Notes: a model not told the origin generated them from the sequence alone. Shown: positions 1 to 8,343, counted from the stretch's first letter. The stretch: DNA of 20,000 nucleotides from an uncultured virus (IMG/VR IMGVR_UViG_3300025871_000494) (IMGVR_UViG_3300025871_000494), one strand, 5' to 3'. A program made the numbers and translations.

Positions 1-189
1 ATCCATCGAGTAGCTACTGAAATTAATGTAGTAACAGAAGGTGCTATAGAAATGAATGGAAAAGCTTTTATGGTAGACGATATAGTAATCATAGAACCAG
101 GCGAAAAAGCACATTTTAAAGCACTTACAGATGCAGCTGTTGTAGTAGTAAAAGTCCCATCTTTGATAGGAGATAAATATACAGACTAA
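1..189 (+). CDS. Cupin-domain protein, 5' truncated by the window edge
   Basis: Not in the ORF track. Frame 1 is open from base 1: IHRVATEINVVTEGAIEMNGKAFMVDDIVIIEPGEKAHFKALTDAAVVVVKVPSLIGDKYTD*. The HxxxxE..V..G and D..IIEPGE pattern fits the cupin beta-barrel. Stop TAA 187-189 overlaps the next ATG (TAATG). Confidence 0.75.
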   Translation: MHRVATEINVVTEGAIEMNGKAFMVDDIVIIEPGEKAHFKALTDAAVVVVKVPSLIGDKYTD

Positions 190-764
190 TGGGAGAATTA
201 TACCTTCATAATTTAGATAGATATAAATGTAATATTTTTATTGAAACTGGTACTGGTAAAGGTACTGGTCTAAAACATGCATTACAATTTCCTTTTAAAA
301 CTTTTTATTCAATAGAAATCAATAAAGAATTGTATGAGTACTGTAAAACTAGATATATTTCAACTAAATTAACTTTATTAAATATGACTTCTTTGGAAGG
401 TTTAGAACAAATATTACCTGCTATATCTAAAGAAGATAAGATACTATTTTGGTTAGATGCACACTTTCCTGGAGCTGATTTTCAACTGGGATCGTATGAT
501 GATGAAATAGAAGAAACTATTAAGCTACCCTTACAAACAGAAATTGAATTAATTTATAAATATAGAAAAGATTGTAAAGATACTTTTATTATAGATGATC
601 TTCAGTTGTTTGAAGAAGGATTATACGAATTGAAAATGCCAGATAACCTTACAAGTAAGTATAGAAAAAGTAATAAATTTATATATGATTTATTTCAAAC
701 TACTCATAATATAACTAAAGATTATAGACATCAAGGATTTTTAATTTTGAGGCCAAAAGAATGA
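189..764 (+). CDS. Class I SAM-dependent methyltransferase-like protein
   Basis: FIETGTGKG (motif I), SIEIN (acidic end of beta2), FWLDAH and IIDD motifs. Coupled to both neighbours (TAATG, ATGA). Confidence 0.7.
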   Translation: MGELYLHNLDRYKCNIFIETGTGKGTGLKHALQFPFKTFYSIEINKELYEYCKTRYISTKLTLLNMTSLEGLEQILPAISKEDKILFWLDAHFPGADFQLGSYDDEIEETIKLPLQTEIELIYKYRKDCKDTFIIDDLQLFEEGLYELKMPDNLTSKYRKSNKFIYDLFQTTHNITKDYRHQGFLILRPKE

Positions 765-1195
765 TACTTATTGCTCATAGAGGTAATCTTACAAGTCCAG
801 ATAAGTATAATGAAAATCATCCAGACTATATTTTAAAGGCATTAGATTCTGGATATGCCGTAGAAATTGATGTATGGTATGAAAATGGTAAGTTTTATCT
901 GGGCCACGATGGACCTTGGCTGACTATTGACGAAAAGTTTTTATTAACCAAAGGCTTATGGTGTCATGCAAAAACACCTAAAACTCTAGATATGCTTCTT
1001 GTACTGAGAACCACCTGTTTTTTTCATAATACAGATGCCTGTACATTAACTTCGAATAAATACATTTGGACATTTCCAAATAAGGAACTAACACCTAATT
1101 CAATTATAGTTATACAAGGGTATCCAAAAGATATTAATATTAATTCATATTCTTGTGCAGGAATATGCAGTGATTATATTAAAGAATTCAAATAA
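761..1195 (+). CDS. Short PLC-like / glycerophosphodiester phosphodiesterase (GDPD)-family protein
   Basis: LIAHRGN, ENHP, VEIDVW, LGHD and HAK match the GDPD N-terminal catalytic motifs; only 144 aa. Confidence 0.75.
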   Translation: MILIAHRGNLTSPDKYNENHPDYILKALDSGYAVEIDVWYENGKFYLGHDGPWLTIDEKFLLTKGLWCHAKTPKTLDMLLVLRTTCFFHNTDACTLTSNKYIWTFPNKELTPNSIIVIQGYPKDININSYSCAGICSDYIKEFK

Positions 1196-1197
1196 AT

Positions 1198-1911
1198 ATG
1201 AATAATATTAGCTTACTAATAATAAATAGAAATTATAGTAATTTTATTAAAGAAACATTTGATTCAATACTTAAACAAAGTAAATTACCAAAAGAAATAA
1301 TTATTATAGATGATTATTCCACCGATTCTTCTTTTTCTAAGTATATAGAATTACAAAACTATATTTATGATAATAAACTTAATATAGATCTTACTATTAC
1401 GTATAACTCAAGTAAAAAAGGTGTAATTGTCTGTAGAAATATTGCTGTTAATCACTCTTCTTGTAATTATTTATGTTTTATAGATGCAGACGATTATGTA
1501 TCGTCTACCTATCTAGAAGATACCTCTAGAATATTAGATAATAATCAAGACGTAGGTATTGTTTATACAGACTTCATATTATTCGATAAATTTGCTCCTC
1601 CAAGATATTATGATGTACCACAGGAAGAAAAAGGAGGAGAAATAGAAAAAGGATACTTTAAAAGAATGTTTCCTGAATTTAATGAAGAATCTAAAAAATT
1701 ACTACAAAATAGAAATTTTATTCATGGAGGTTCTCTTTTTAGAAGAAAATGCTTCGAAGATATTTCTGGATATATAAAATCTGATATACCGGAAGATTAT
1801 AGTTTGTATAAAAGAATAGTAAACTTTGGATGGAATGCAAAAAAATGTAATACTTGTCTTTTATTTTATAGGCAACATTCTAATAAACAATTTAATATTA
1901 CTGGTGAATAA
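1198..1911 (+). CDS. Glycosyltransferase family 2 (GT-A fold)
   Basis: EIIIIDDYSTD, CRN, FIDADD (DxD), EDY and YRQH motifs. Confidence 0.9.
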   Translation: MNNISLLIINRNYSNFIKETFDSILKQSKLPKEIIIIDDYSTDSSFSKYIELQNYIYDNKLNIDLTITYNSSKKGVIVCRNIAVNHSSCNYLCFIDADDYVSSTYLEDTSRILDNNQDVGIVYTDFILFDKFAPPRYYDVPQEEKGGEIEKGYFKRMFPEFNEESKKLLQNRNFIHGGSLFRRKCFEDISGYIKSDIPEDYSLYKRIVNFGWNAKKCNTCLLFYRQHSNKQFNITGE

Positions 1912-2790
1912 ATGATTTTACTTATAGGAAATAAAGGATTACTAGGAACAGAACTAGAATTGTATCTTAGATCACATTCTATTGCGTATGTTCCATATGA
2001 TAAGGAAAGCGATATAGGTATACTAGACAATTTACATAATATTTGTAGAAATAAAGAAATAGATTGGATTATTAATTGTTCTGGTATCTCTAATGCAGAT
2101 TTAGCAGAGAATAATCCTTCTTTAGCTTACAAAGTAAATGTAGAAGGGATAAAAAATATATGTGAAATAGCGAAACAGTATAATAGCAAACTTATTCATA
2201 TTTCAGATGTTCAAATATTTAATGGTAAAAAAGATACGGAATATTCTGAATTTGATATACCAGATCCTATTAATATATATGGAAAAACTAAACTAGAAGG
2301 AGAAAATATTATAAAAAGCTCCTTAGAAAAATATTTTATTATAAGATCCTCTTGGTTATATGGAAAATATGGTATTACTTTTATATCTACCCTATTTAAA
2401 CTTATAAGTAAACAAACACCAAAAATTCAAATCGTTGATGATGAAACAGGGAGTCCTACTTATACAAAAGATTTAGTACAAGGTATTTTTAGAATTATAG
2501 AATCTAATTCTACTAGATATGGTATATATAACTTTAGTAATAGAAACAAGACAGATTGGTTTGAGTTTGCTAAAGAAGTTTATAGATTAATAATGATTTA
2601 TGAAGTTTTACCTAGAACATTACAAAGATTTGTGACTATTGAACCTATTACTAGCAGTGAATATAAAACATCTGCAAAAAGATTAGTAAATTCTTATCTA
2701 AATAGTAGAAATTTTGAGAATACCTTCGGAGTTCAGATAAGGCCTTGGAAAATAGCATTAGAAGATTTCATATCAACCTTAAAGAAGTGA
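1912..2790 (+). CDS. rmlD: dTDP-4-dehydrorhamnose reductase-like extended SDR
   Basis: GNKGLLG nucleotide-binding motif, P.N.YGKTKLEGE (YxxxK), IIRSSWLYG, VDDETGSPTY, AKR..NS.L and W..AL. The usual STDYVF segment is altered to SDVQIF. Confidence 0.85.
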   Translation: MILLIGNKGLLGTELELYLRSHSIAYVPYDKESDIGILDNLHNICRNKEIDWIINCSGISNADLAENNPSLAYKVNVEGIKNICEIAKQYNSKLIHISDVQIFNGKKDTEYSEFDIPDPINIYGKTKLEGENIIKSSLEKYFIIRSSWLYGKYGITFISTLFKLISKQTPKIQIVDDETGSPTYTKDLVQGIFRIIESNSTRYGIYNFSNRNKTDWFEFAKEVYRLIMIYEVLPRTLQRFVTIEPITSSEYKTSAKRLVNSYLNSRNFENTFGVQIRPWKIALEDFISTLKK

Positions 2791-2794
2791 AAGC

Positions 2795-3721
2795 ATGAAT
2801 GAACAAAACAAAATAATCGATCCTATCGTTGAAAAGTGGAAAGAAAATTACAAAAGAAATCTAGAAGAAGGTATTTTTACTAGACCAAATTCTAAATATC
2901 TTAAGTTTTTGATTAATAATAGTTTTTATAATAAGATACCTTGCGTTTTAGTAGCAGCAGGGCCATCTCTAGAAAAAAATATACATATACTAAAACAGTA
3001 TTCTGAAAATTATTTAATTATATGTGCAGATGTGGTTTTGTATAGATTAATGGAAGAAGGAATTCATCCAGATTTTGTTTGTACAATAGATCCTAGTGAT
3101 TCTTTCTCTAGATTTTGGAAGGGGGTGGATACCTCTAATTGTAATTTTATTTGCCCAACTACTGTAAGTTCTATTGCATTAAATGAATGGAAAGGTAATG
3201 TATTCTTTTTTAATCAAACAGATAAACCTGGATCTGAAAAACAAAAAGTTCTATCTGAAATAACCACATATACGAGCGGTGCTGGTGATTTAGAAAATAA
3301 TTACTTTGTAGGTGCTACAATGTTTTTATTTTCTAAAATATTTAATCCTAGTTCTGTTATTTTTGTTGGATATGATTTTGGATTTACAGATAATAAACCG
3401 TATTGTAATGGATTTCTAGAAAGAAAACTTTATGATACTACGGGTGTTGGAATGGATGTTCTTATTAAAAGAGAACTCAATCACGATACAATTATAGATA
3501 TTGATACATATTATATAAAAACAACTAAATTATTACTTCTTTATAGAAATACTTTATTAGATCTTATCTTTCAAAACAAGATAAAATGTATAAATTCTAC
3601 AGAAGGTGGTATTTTAACTGAAATTCTAAGAATGCCGTTAGAAGATTCAGTTAAAGAATTTTGTGTTAAACCCATTAAAAAAGTTCCAGTTAATGAAATA
3701 CCAAAAAGAAATCGCAGATAA
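2795..3721 (+). CDS. Maf / DUF115 (MptE-like fold) putative glycosyltransferase
   Basis: VLVAAGPSLEKNI, IICAD, GIHPDFVCTID, FVGYDF and INSTEGG are the characteristic motif series of motility-associated-factor (DUF115) proteins. Confidence 0.8.
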   Translation: MNEQNKIIDPIVEKWKENYKRNLEEGIFTRPNSKYLKFLINNSFYNKIPCVLVAAGPSLEKNIHILKQYSENYLIICADVVLYRLMEEGIHPDFVCTIDPSDSFSRFWKGVDTSNCNFICPTTVSSIALNEWKGNVFFFNQTDKPGSEKQKVLSEITTYTSGAGDLENNYFVGATMFLFSKIFNPSSVIFVGYDFGFTDNKPYCNGFLERKLYDTTGVGMDVLIKRELNHDTIIDIDTYYIKTTKLLLLYRNTLLDLIFQNKIKCINSTEGGILTEILRMPLEDSVKEFCVKPIKKVPVNEIPKRNRR

Positions 3722-3729
3722 TAATTACT

Positions 3730-3756
3730 TAAAATCTCTATTTGTTTCTTATTATT
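3730..3756 (+). promoter_or_regulatory. Recurring intergenic motif TAAA(A)TCT-N10-CTTAT, putative phage promoter
   Basis: taaaatct ctatttgttt cttattatt, upstream of the GGAG RBS (3777-3780) and ATG 3791. Similar copies at 8286, 17514 and 19900. Confidence 0.5.
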
Positions 3757-3790
3757 TTAACAAAATACGAATATATGGAGATTTTGTCTA

Positions 3791-5020
3791 ATGAACCAAT
3801 TATACTTCCCAGGAAGAGTAGTAGATTTATATAGTGAAGATTACCAGTATCTTCAAGATAATGTTTCTACAGAGGTATTAAAAATACTAAAAAGTATAGT
3901 ATCTGGTGAACTTTCTTCTTCTATTATTAAAAACTTTGTTTTACGTGTAGATCCTTCCAATAATCTATATTTAGAAGTAACGCAAAATAGTGGTACTGGG
4001 TTAGTAATAACCAATAGTGGTCTTTTAATAGAATATAATTCAGATATTTCGAGTATTGCAGTATCAGATGCTACCTATGGAACTGTTAATAATGTATATG
4101 CAAAGTGTTCATATGTATATGGATCATATAATAGAAAAACAGAAACTATTGTAGAAGGCGAGAAAAAAGCAGTAGATTTATATGACGGAACGCTTATTTA
4201 CAATAGAAAGATAGAAGATTTAGAAATTGTAGTATATACTGTTGCAGAATATAATGCTTTGACTGCCGCACAAAAAGCAGAGTTAGTATTTTTAGGTTCT
4301 ACTATTGCACAAGGATCTGGTAATCCATTATTATCTGTTGATTTGAGTTCTGTAACGTATTTTGCTATAGATGTAGTAGAATCAGAAATACCTGCAGGGG
4401 CAGAAGACGACGAATTTTATGGAACAGCAGATAACCTAGAAGAAGAACTTAATAGAATAAGAACAGAAATTAGAAATATTAAACAATCACCTGATTGGGA
4501 TACTTATCAGATAGGTATATCTGCATCAGACCCAGATATGAATAAACTGCATTTATCCGGTGTAGCACCTAATGTTTATGAACAATTTGATTATGAATTA
4601 ACAAGTAGCGGAACAGCTATTAGAATTAAGACGGGAAAAGCAATTGTAAATGGTGCTACTGTTATAACCTATTCTAATACAGATTTTAATATTGTTGAAC
4701 AAGGTCAAGTTTATATTGGTAATTATACAGCTAGAACTAATCCAGAAACACACATAGTAGGAAATACACAACCAGTAACATTTACTCTAGCTTATTCACC
4801 TGTAAGTAATGTACACTTAATAGAACAATCAAGCGGTAACGCTTTTATTGAGGGTGTAGACTATACTATAAATACCAGCACAGGCGAAGTTACAACTATC
4901 GTTGGCGGAAATATAATGAACGAAACGGTAGATTGTTATTATAGCTATCCTGGAAATAGATGTGATTTAATAGGAGTAAATAATTCTGAATTTGAACGAA
5001 ACGGTAGATTGTTATTATAG
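3791..5020 (+). CDS. Tail fibre / virion structural protein, N-terminal part (frame broken by 76-bp duplication)
   Basis: Acidic, beta-rich, T/S/G/V-rich sequence with EGVDYTINTSTGEVT, typical of phage tail proteins; GGAG RBS. The last residues (FERNGRLLL) are the out-of-frame read of the second repeat copy. Confidence 0.7.
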   Translation: MNQLYFPGRVVDLYSEDYQYLQDNVSTEVLKILKSIVSGELSSSIIKNFVLRVDPSNNLYLEVTQNSGTGLVITNSGLLIEYNSDISSIAVSDATYGTVNNVYAKCSYVYGSYNRKTETIVEGEKKAVDLYDGTLIYNRKIEDLEIVVYTVAEYNALTAAQKAELVFLGSTIAQGSGNPLLSVDLSSVTYFAIDVVESEIPAGAEDDEFYGTADNLEEELNRIRTEIRNIKQSPDWDTYQIGISASDPDMNKLHLSGVAPNVYEQFDYELTSSGTAIRIKTGKAIVNGATVITYSNTDFNIVEQGQVYIGNYTARTNPETHIVGNTQPVTFTLAYSPVSNVHLIEQSSGNAFIEGVDYTINTSTGEVTTIVGGNIMNETVDCYYSYPGNRCDLIGVNNSEFERNGRLLL

Positions 5021-5068
5021 CTATCCTGGAAATAGATGTGATTTAATAGGAGTAAATAATTCTGAATT
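4917..5068. repeat. Exact 76-bp tandem duplication (4917-4992 and 4993-5068)
   Basis: tgaacgaaacggtagattgttattatagctatcctggaaatagatgtgatttaataggagtaaataattctgaatt occurs twice head-to-tail. The same peptide NETVDCYYSYPGNRCDLIGVNNSE appears in both ORFs. Confidence 0.97.
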
Positions 5069-7505
5069 AGTATATGAAATAGGAACAGGAGATCCTGCAG
5101 AAACTTCTAGTGTTCTAAGAGTAACAAGTACAGGTATTCTTCCTTTATGGATCCTTTACCTACAATCAGGAGAAACCAGCTTAGTAGATGCTAGGGTTAT
5201 TGATGCTAGAACATATTTACAACCAGTAAAAGAAACTCGTCAGTTAGATTATTCAACTATTTCTCTATATCCTACCGATGGTAAAATATCCTTTACAGAT
5301 TCGACCACAGGAGCAATATCCAGTACAGGTTATACTATAACTAGTACAGGTATTACAAGTACGGGGGTTTATTCTTATCTAACAGTAACTAATAGCGTAG
5401 ATATAACTTCATACATGTTTACTAGAGAAAACGATTTTGTGTGGATACTTTGTCGACCAGTAGTTACTACGTATTACCCAGTAATAGATGACACTGTATA
5501 TTTAAGACTATCCTATGAGACCTCACCCGGTAGTGGTACTTTAGATGGTATTTCTACTATTAAACTACCAACAACTACTTTTGCTAGCAATATTTTCATA
5601 CCATTACTTTTTAAAGATACTGAAATAGCAGAAGGTATTACTAGATTTAAAATCTCTATTTCTAGAGGATCTCAATTCGATTTTTCGTGTATTCTTATAG
5701 GAAATAGCGATTTATTCTATCAATCTTCTTTAATAGAAGGATTATTAAGTAACTTAGAGGCATACGTAAACCGTGGAGATATTTCCACAAGTATATTTAG
5801 TAATATTTTTATTGGGCCAATGTCTTTTATTTCTAATATATCTAGCATTCATAATATTGCAATAGGACCTGCGTCTCTAACGGCTAATACCTTTGGTAAC
5901 AAAAATATAGGTCTAGGTGCCAGTACTTTAATGGCAAACACCTTTGGAAGCAATAATATTGCAATGGGATTTCAAGCTTTGGGTGCAAACATTTCAGGGG
6001 ATTCTAATATAGCTATTGGTCCTTCTACAATATCTCTAGGTGAGAATGCATCTTATAATATTGCTATGGGTGACGAAGCCTTAAGAAACTGCGGTGGTGA
6101 TGCCACCCAAAACATTGCTTTGGGTTATCGAGCAATGCGTAGTAATTATTCAGGCAGATTTAATGTTGCAATTGGGAATTCTGCATTGTATTACAACACA
6201 TATGGTTCGCATAATGTAGCAATAGGATCTAATGCCCTAGAACGCTTAGCATATAATGGTAGTACAGATAGATATAATGTAGCAATAGGATCTAGTGCAC
6301 TAGGATTGCATAATGAGGGTGATTTAAATACTGCTGTAGGGTATGTATCTCTATATTCACACACAACTGGTAATTATAATACTGCGATAGGATCTTATTC
6401 TCTTTATAGTAGTCAAAGCACACAAGGAAGTATTGGAATTGGATATTATGCTGGGTACTATAATACAAGTTCAAATAAATTATTTGTTCATAATCAAGAT
6501 ACTGGTTCTTTAAGTGGTGATCTTTCTAGATCGCTTATAGTAGGTACCTTTGATAGTGTTTCTGCAAATCAAAATGTTACTATTAATGGTTCTTTAAATG
6601 TTGGTCATAATGTTTCTATTGCTGGCGGTTTGGAAGTTGATAGAATTAATTGGACTTTTTTCTCACTTATTGCCAGGGAACTAACTATTTCGGGTAATGT
6701 CGCTTATCCAGGTTTATGTGCTTTAAATGGGACAGATGTTGCTCTTATAGATAGTAATATGGATAGATTACGCCGTTTTCGTTTTGATGGTCTTACTTGG
6801 ACATCTATTGGTAGTGAATTAAATATTGCTCCTTCTGCTGAAGCTTATATATGTTCTTTAAATGAAACAGATGTTGCAGCATGTGATTATACTTTTGGTA
6901 TAAGAACATATAGATTCACCGGGACTACCTGGACAACAGTTGGTACTACATTATCAATATCTGGTGGTCTGGGACATTCTGCAATATGTTCTTTAAATGC
7001 AACAGACATTGCTATTACAGATGCTGTTTCCAATAGTTTAAGAACTTTTCGTTTTAATGGAACAACTTGGACATCTGTTGGTAATCCGTTAGTTGTTGCT
7101 AGTGGGGTACCCGCTTTTGCTTTATGTTCTTTAAATAATAATACTGTCGTACTTGCAAACTCTGATTCCAATAACATTGGGGCATACAGATTTAATGGTA
7201 CAACATGGACATCTATTGGTAGTCAATTTGCAGTCTCAGGTGGTATCACTACTCCAGCATTATGCTCTTTAAACGCAACAGACGTTGTTTTTATTGACAA
7301 TGCTGTTGTTGATTACTTACAGGTCTTTCGTTTTAATGAAACAACTTGGACATCTGTTGGAAGCAAGTTTATGGTTACTGGTGGTGGTAATCCTGCGTTA
7401 TGTAGTTTAAACGGAACAGATATTGCTTTTATAGATGACAATAACGATAAATTAAGAGTATATAGACTGAATTATACTGTATCAGCACCATATCGTTGGT
7501 GGTAA
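4992..7505 (+). CDS. Tail fibre / receptor-binding protein, C-terminal part
   Basis: Continues the 3791 ORF if one repeat copy is removed (375+837 = 1212 aa). Contains ~14-aa N-x-A-x-G-xx-A-L repeats and six ~46-aa propeller-like repeats. Confidence 0.8.
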   Translation: MNETVDCYYSYPGNRCDLIGVNNSELVYEIGTGDPAETSSVLRVTSTGILPLWILYLQSGETSLVDARVIDARTYLQPVKETRQLDYSTISLYPTDGKISFTDSTTGAISSTGYTITSTGITSTGVYSYLTVTNSVDITSYMFTRENDFVWILCRPVVTTYYPVIDDTVYLRLSYETSPGSGTLDGISTIKLPTTTFASNIFIPLLFKDTEIAEGITRFKISISRGSQFDFSCILIGNSDLFYQSSLIEGLLSNLEAYVNRGDISTSIFSNIFIGPMSFISNISSIHNIAIGPASLTANTFGNKNIGLGASTLMANTFGSNNIAMGFQALGANISGDSNIAIGPSTISLGENASYNIAMGDEALRNCGGDATQNIALGYRAMRSNYSGRFNVAIGNSALYYNTYGSHNVAIGSNALERLAYNGSTDRYNVAIGSSALGLHNEGDLNTAVGYVSLYSHTTGNYNTAIGSYSLYSSQSTQGSIGIGYYAGYYNTSSNKLFVHNQDTGSLSGDLSRSLIVGTFDSVSANQNVTINGSLNVGHNVSIAGGLEVDRINWTFFSLIARELTISGNVAYPGLCALNGTDVALIDSNMDRLRRFRFDGLTWTSIGSELNIAPSAEAYICSLNETDVAACDYTFGIRTYRFTGTTWTTVGTTLSISGGLGHSAICSLNATDIAITDAVSNSLRTFRFNGTTWTSVGNPLVVASGVPAFALCSLNNNTVVLANSDSNNIGAYRFNGTTWTSIGSQFAVSGGITTPALCSLNATDVVFIDNAVVDYLQVFRFNETTWTSVGSKFMVTGGGNPALCSLNGTDIAFIDDNNDKLRVYRLNYTVSAPYRWW
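5800..6465 (+). repeat. Protein-level ~14-aa repeats N(I/V/T)A(I/M/V)GxxAL (beta-roll / adhesin-head-like shaft)
   Basis: NIAIGPASL, NIGLGASTL, NIAMGFQAL, NIAMGDEAL, NIALGYRAM, NVAIGNSAL, NVAIGSNAL, NVAIGSSAL, NTAVGYVSL, NTAIGSYSL and others. Confidence 0.85.
6645..7502 (+). repeat. Six ~46-aa repeats, predicted six-bladed beta-propeller
   Basis: Consensus (L/I)CSLNxTD(V/I)A.....L..(Y/F)RFNGTTWTS(I/V)G occurs six times, with the sixth lacking the final strand. Also visible as DNA repeats (tggacatct(a/g)ttgg, tgttctttaaat). Confidence 0.85.
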
Positions 7506-7537
7506 AATAATTTAAATATAAAGGATAAATGAATTAA

Positions 7538-8221
7538 ATGAAAGTACTTATTGGAACACCTTGTCATACCTGGAATCTACATACTAAATATGTAGATAGC
7601 TTAATCAATACCAAAGAATTTTGCAGAAAAATTGGTATTGAAGTTCATCATTGTTTTCTCTGCGGTGAATCTCTTGTTCAGTTAGCAAGAAATGATTTAT
7701 TTAAAATTGCATATGAAAATAATGTTGATAAATTATTTTTCATCGATGATGATATGTATTGGAATCCAGAAGATTTTGTTAAACTATTAAATAGTGAGCA
7801 TCAGATTATTGCTGTTGCAGGAAGAAAGAAAACAGATGAAGAAATTTTTGCTATTAATGTAGGTGACCACGACTTTAATGGTCAAGAAGAAGTAATTCCT
7901 GTAAAAGGAATTGGTGCAGCTTTCATGTGTTTTTCTAAAGAAGCAATTAAGAAATTATACGAGGATGCTCCTTTTTACCAAGGTCCAAAAGGAATTGGTA
8001 AAATGGTATTCGATATTGGTATAATAGATGGAGAACTTTATAGCGAAGATCATTTACTATGTAAAAAATGGAGAGATCTTGGCGGTCAGATAATGGTAGA
8101 TATTAACATTTCACTAGGTCATATAGGACAAAAGGATTATATAGGAAGTGTGGGTGATTTCGTTAGAAGAAAAGTATACGAACTCAATAAAGATATTTTA
8201 GAAAAAAGGAAAGAAGAATAA
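7538..8221 (+). CDS. GT-A fold glycosyltransferase-like protein
   Basis: VLIGTP, ESLVQLARN, FFIDDD (DxD), GIGAAFM, SED..LC..WR..GG and LGHIG. Confidence 0.8.
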   Translation: MKVLIGTPCHTWNLHTKYVDSLINTKEFCRKIGIEVHHCFLCGESLVQLARNDLFKIAYENNVDKLFFIDDDMYWNPEDFVKLLNSEHQIIAVAGRKKTDEEIFAINVGDHDFNGQEEVIPVKGIGAAFMCFSKEAIKKLYEDAPFYQGPKGIGKMVFDIGIIDGELYSEDHLLCKKWRDLGGQIMVDINISLGHIGQKDYIGSVGDFVRRKVYELNKDILEKRKEE

Positions 8222-8244
8222 AGTAATTTAAACCATTAATATAT

Positions 8245-8279
8245 AAAAATAGGATGTTCGATAACAACATCCTGTTTTT
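8245..8279 (+). terminator. Intrinsic terminator, possibly bidirectional
   Basis: aaaaat aggatgtt (8251-8258) cgataac aacatcct (8266-8273) gttttt, downstream of the 8221 stop. Confidence 0.8.
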
Positions 8280-8285
8280 ATCACC

Positions 8286-8313
8286 TAAAATCTATCTTAA
8301 GTTTCTTATATTT
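8286..8313 (+). promoter_or_regulatory. Second copy of the putative phage promoter motif
   Basis: taaaatct atcttaagttt cttatattt, just after the terminator and before the GGAG RBS and ATG 8344. Confidence 0.5.
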
Positions 8314-8343
8314 CTATAAATATATGAAATATGGAGATATCAA

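Noticed and set aside
6292..7177. Minus-strand ORFs 6292-6474 and 6887-7177
   Set aside because: Antisense shadows inside the well-supported fibre gene, with no motifs of their own.
6645..7502. CRISPR array suggested by spaced DNA repeats
   Set aside because: The repeats are degenerate, in frame, about 135-140 bp apart and explained by protein blades.
4917..7505. Diversity-generating retroelement acting on the fibre
   Set aside because: The 76-bp copies are identical, with no adenine-specific mismatches. No reverse transcriptase or separate template repeat is in the window; one elsewhere cannot be excluded.
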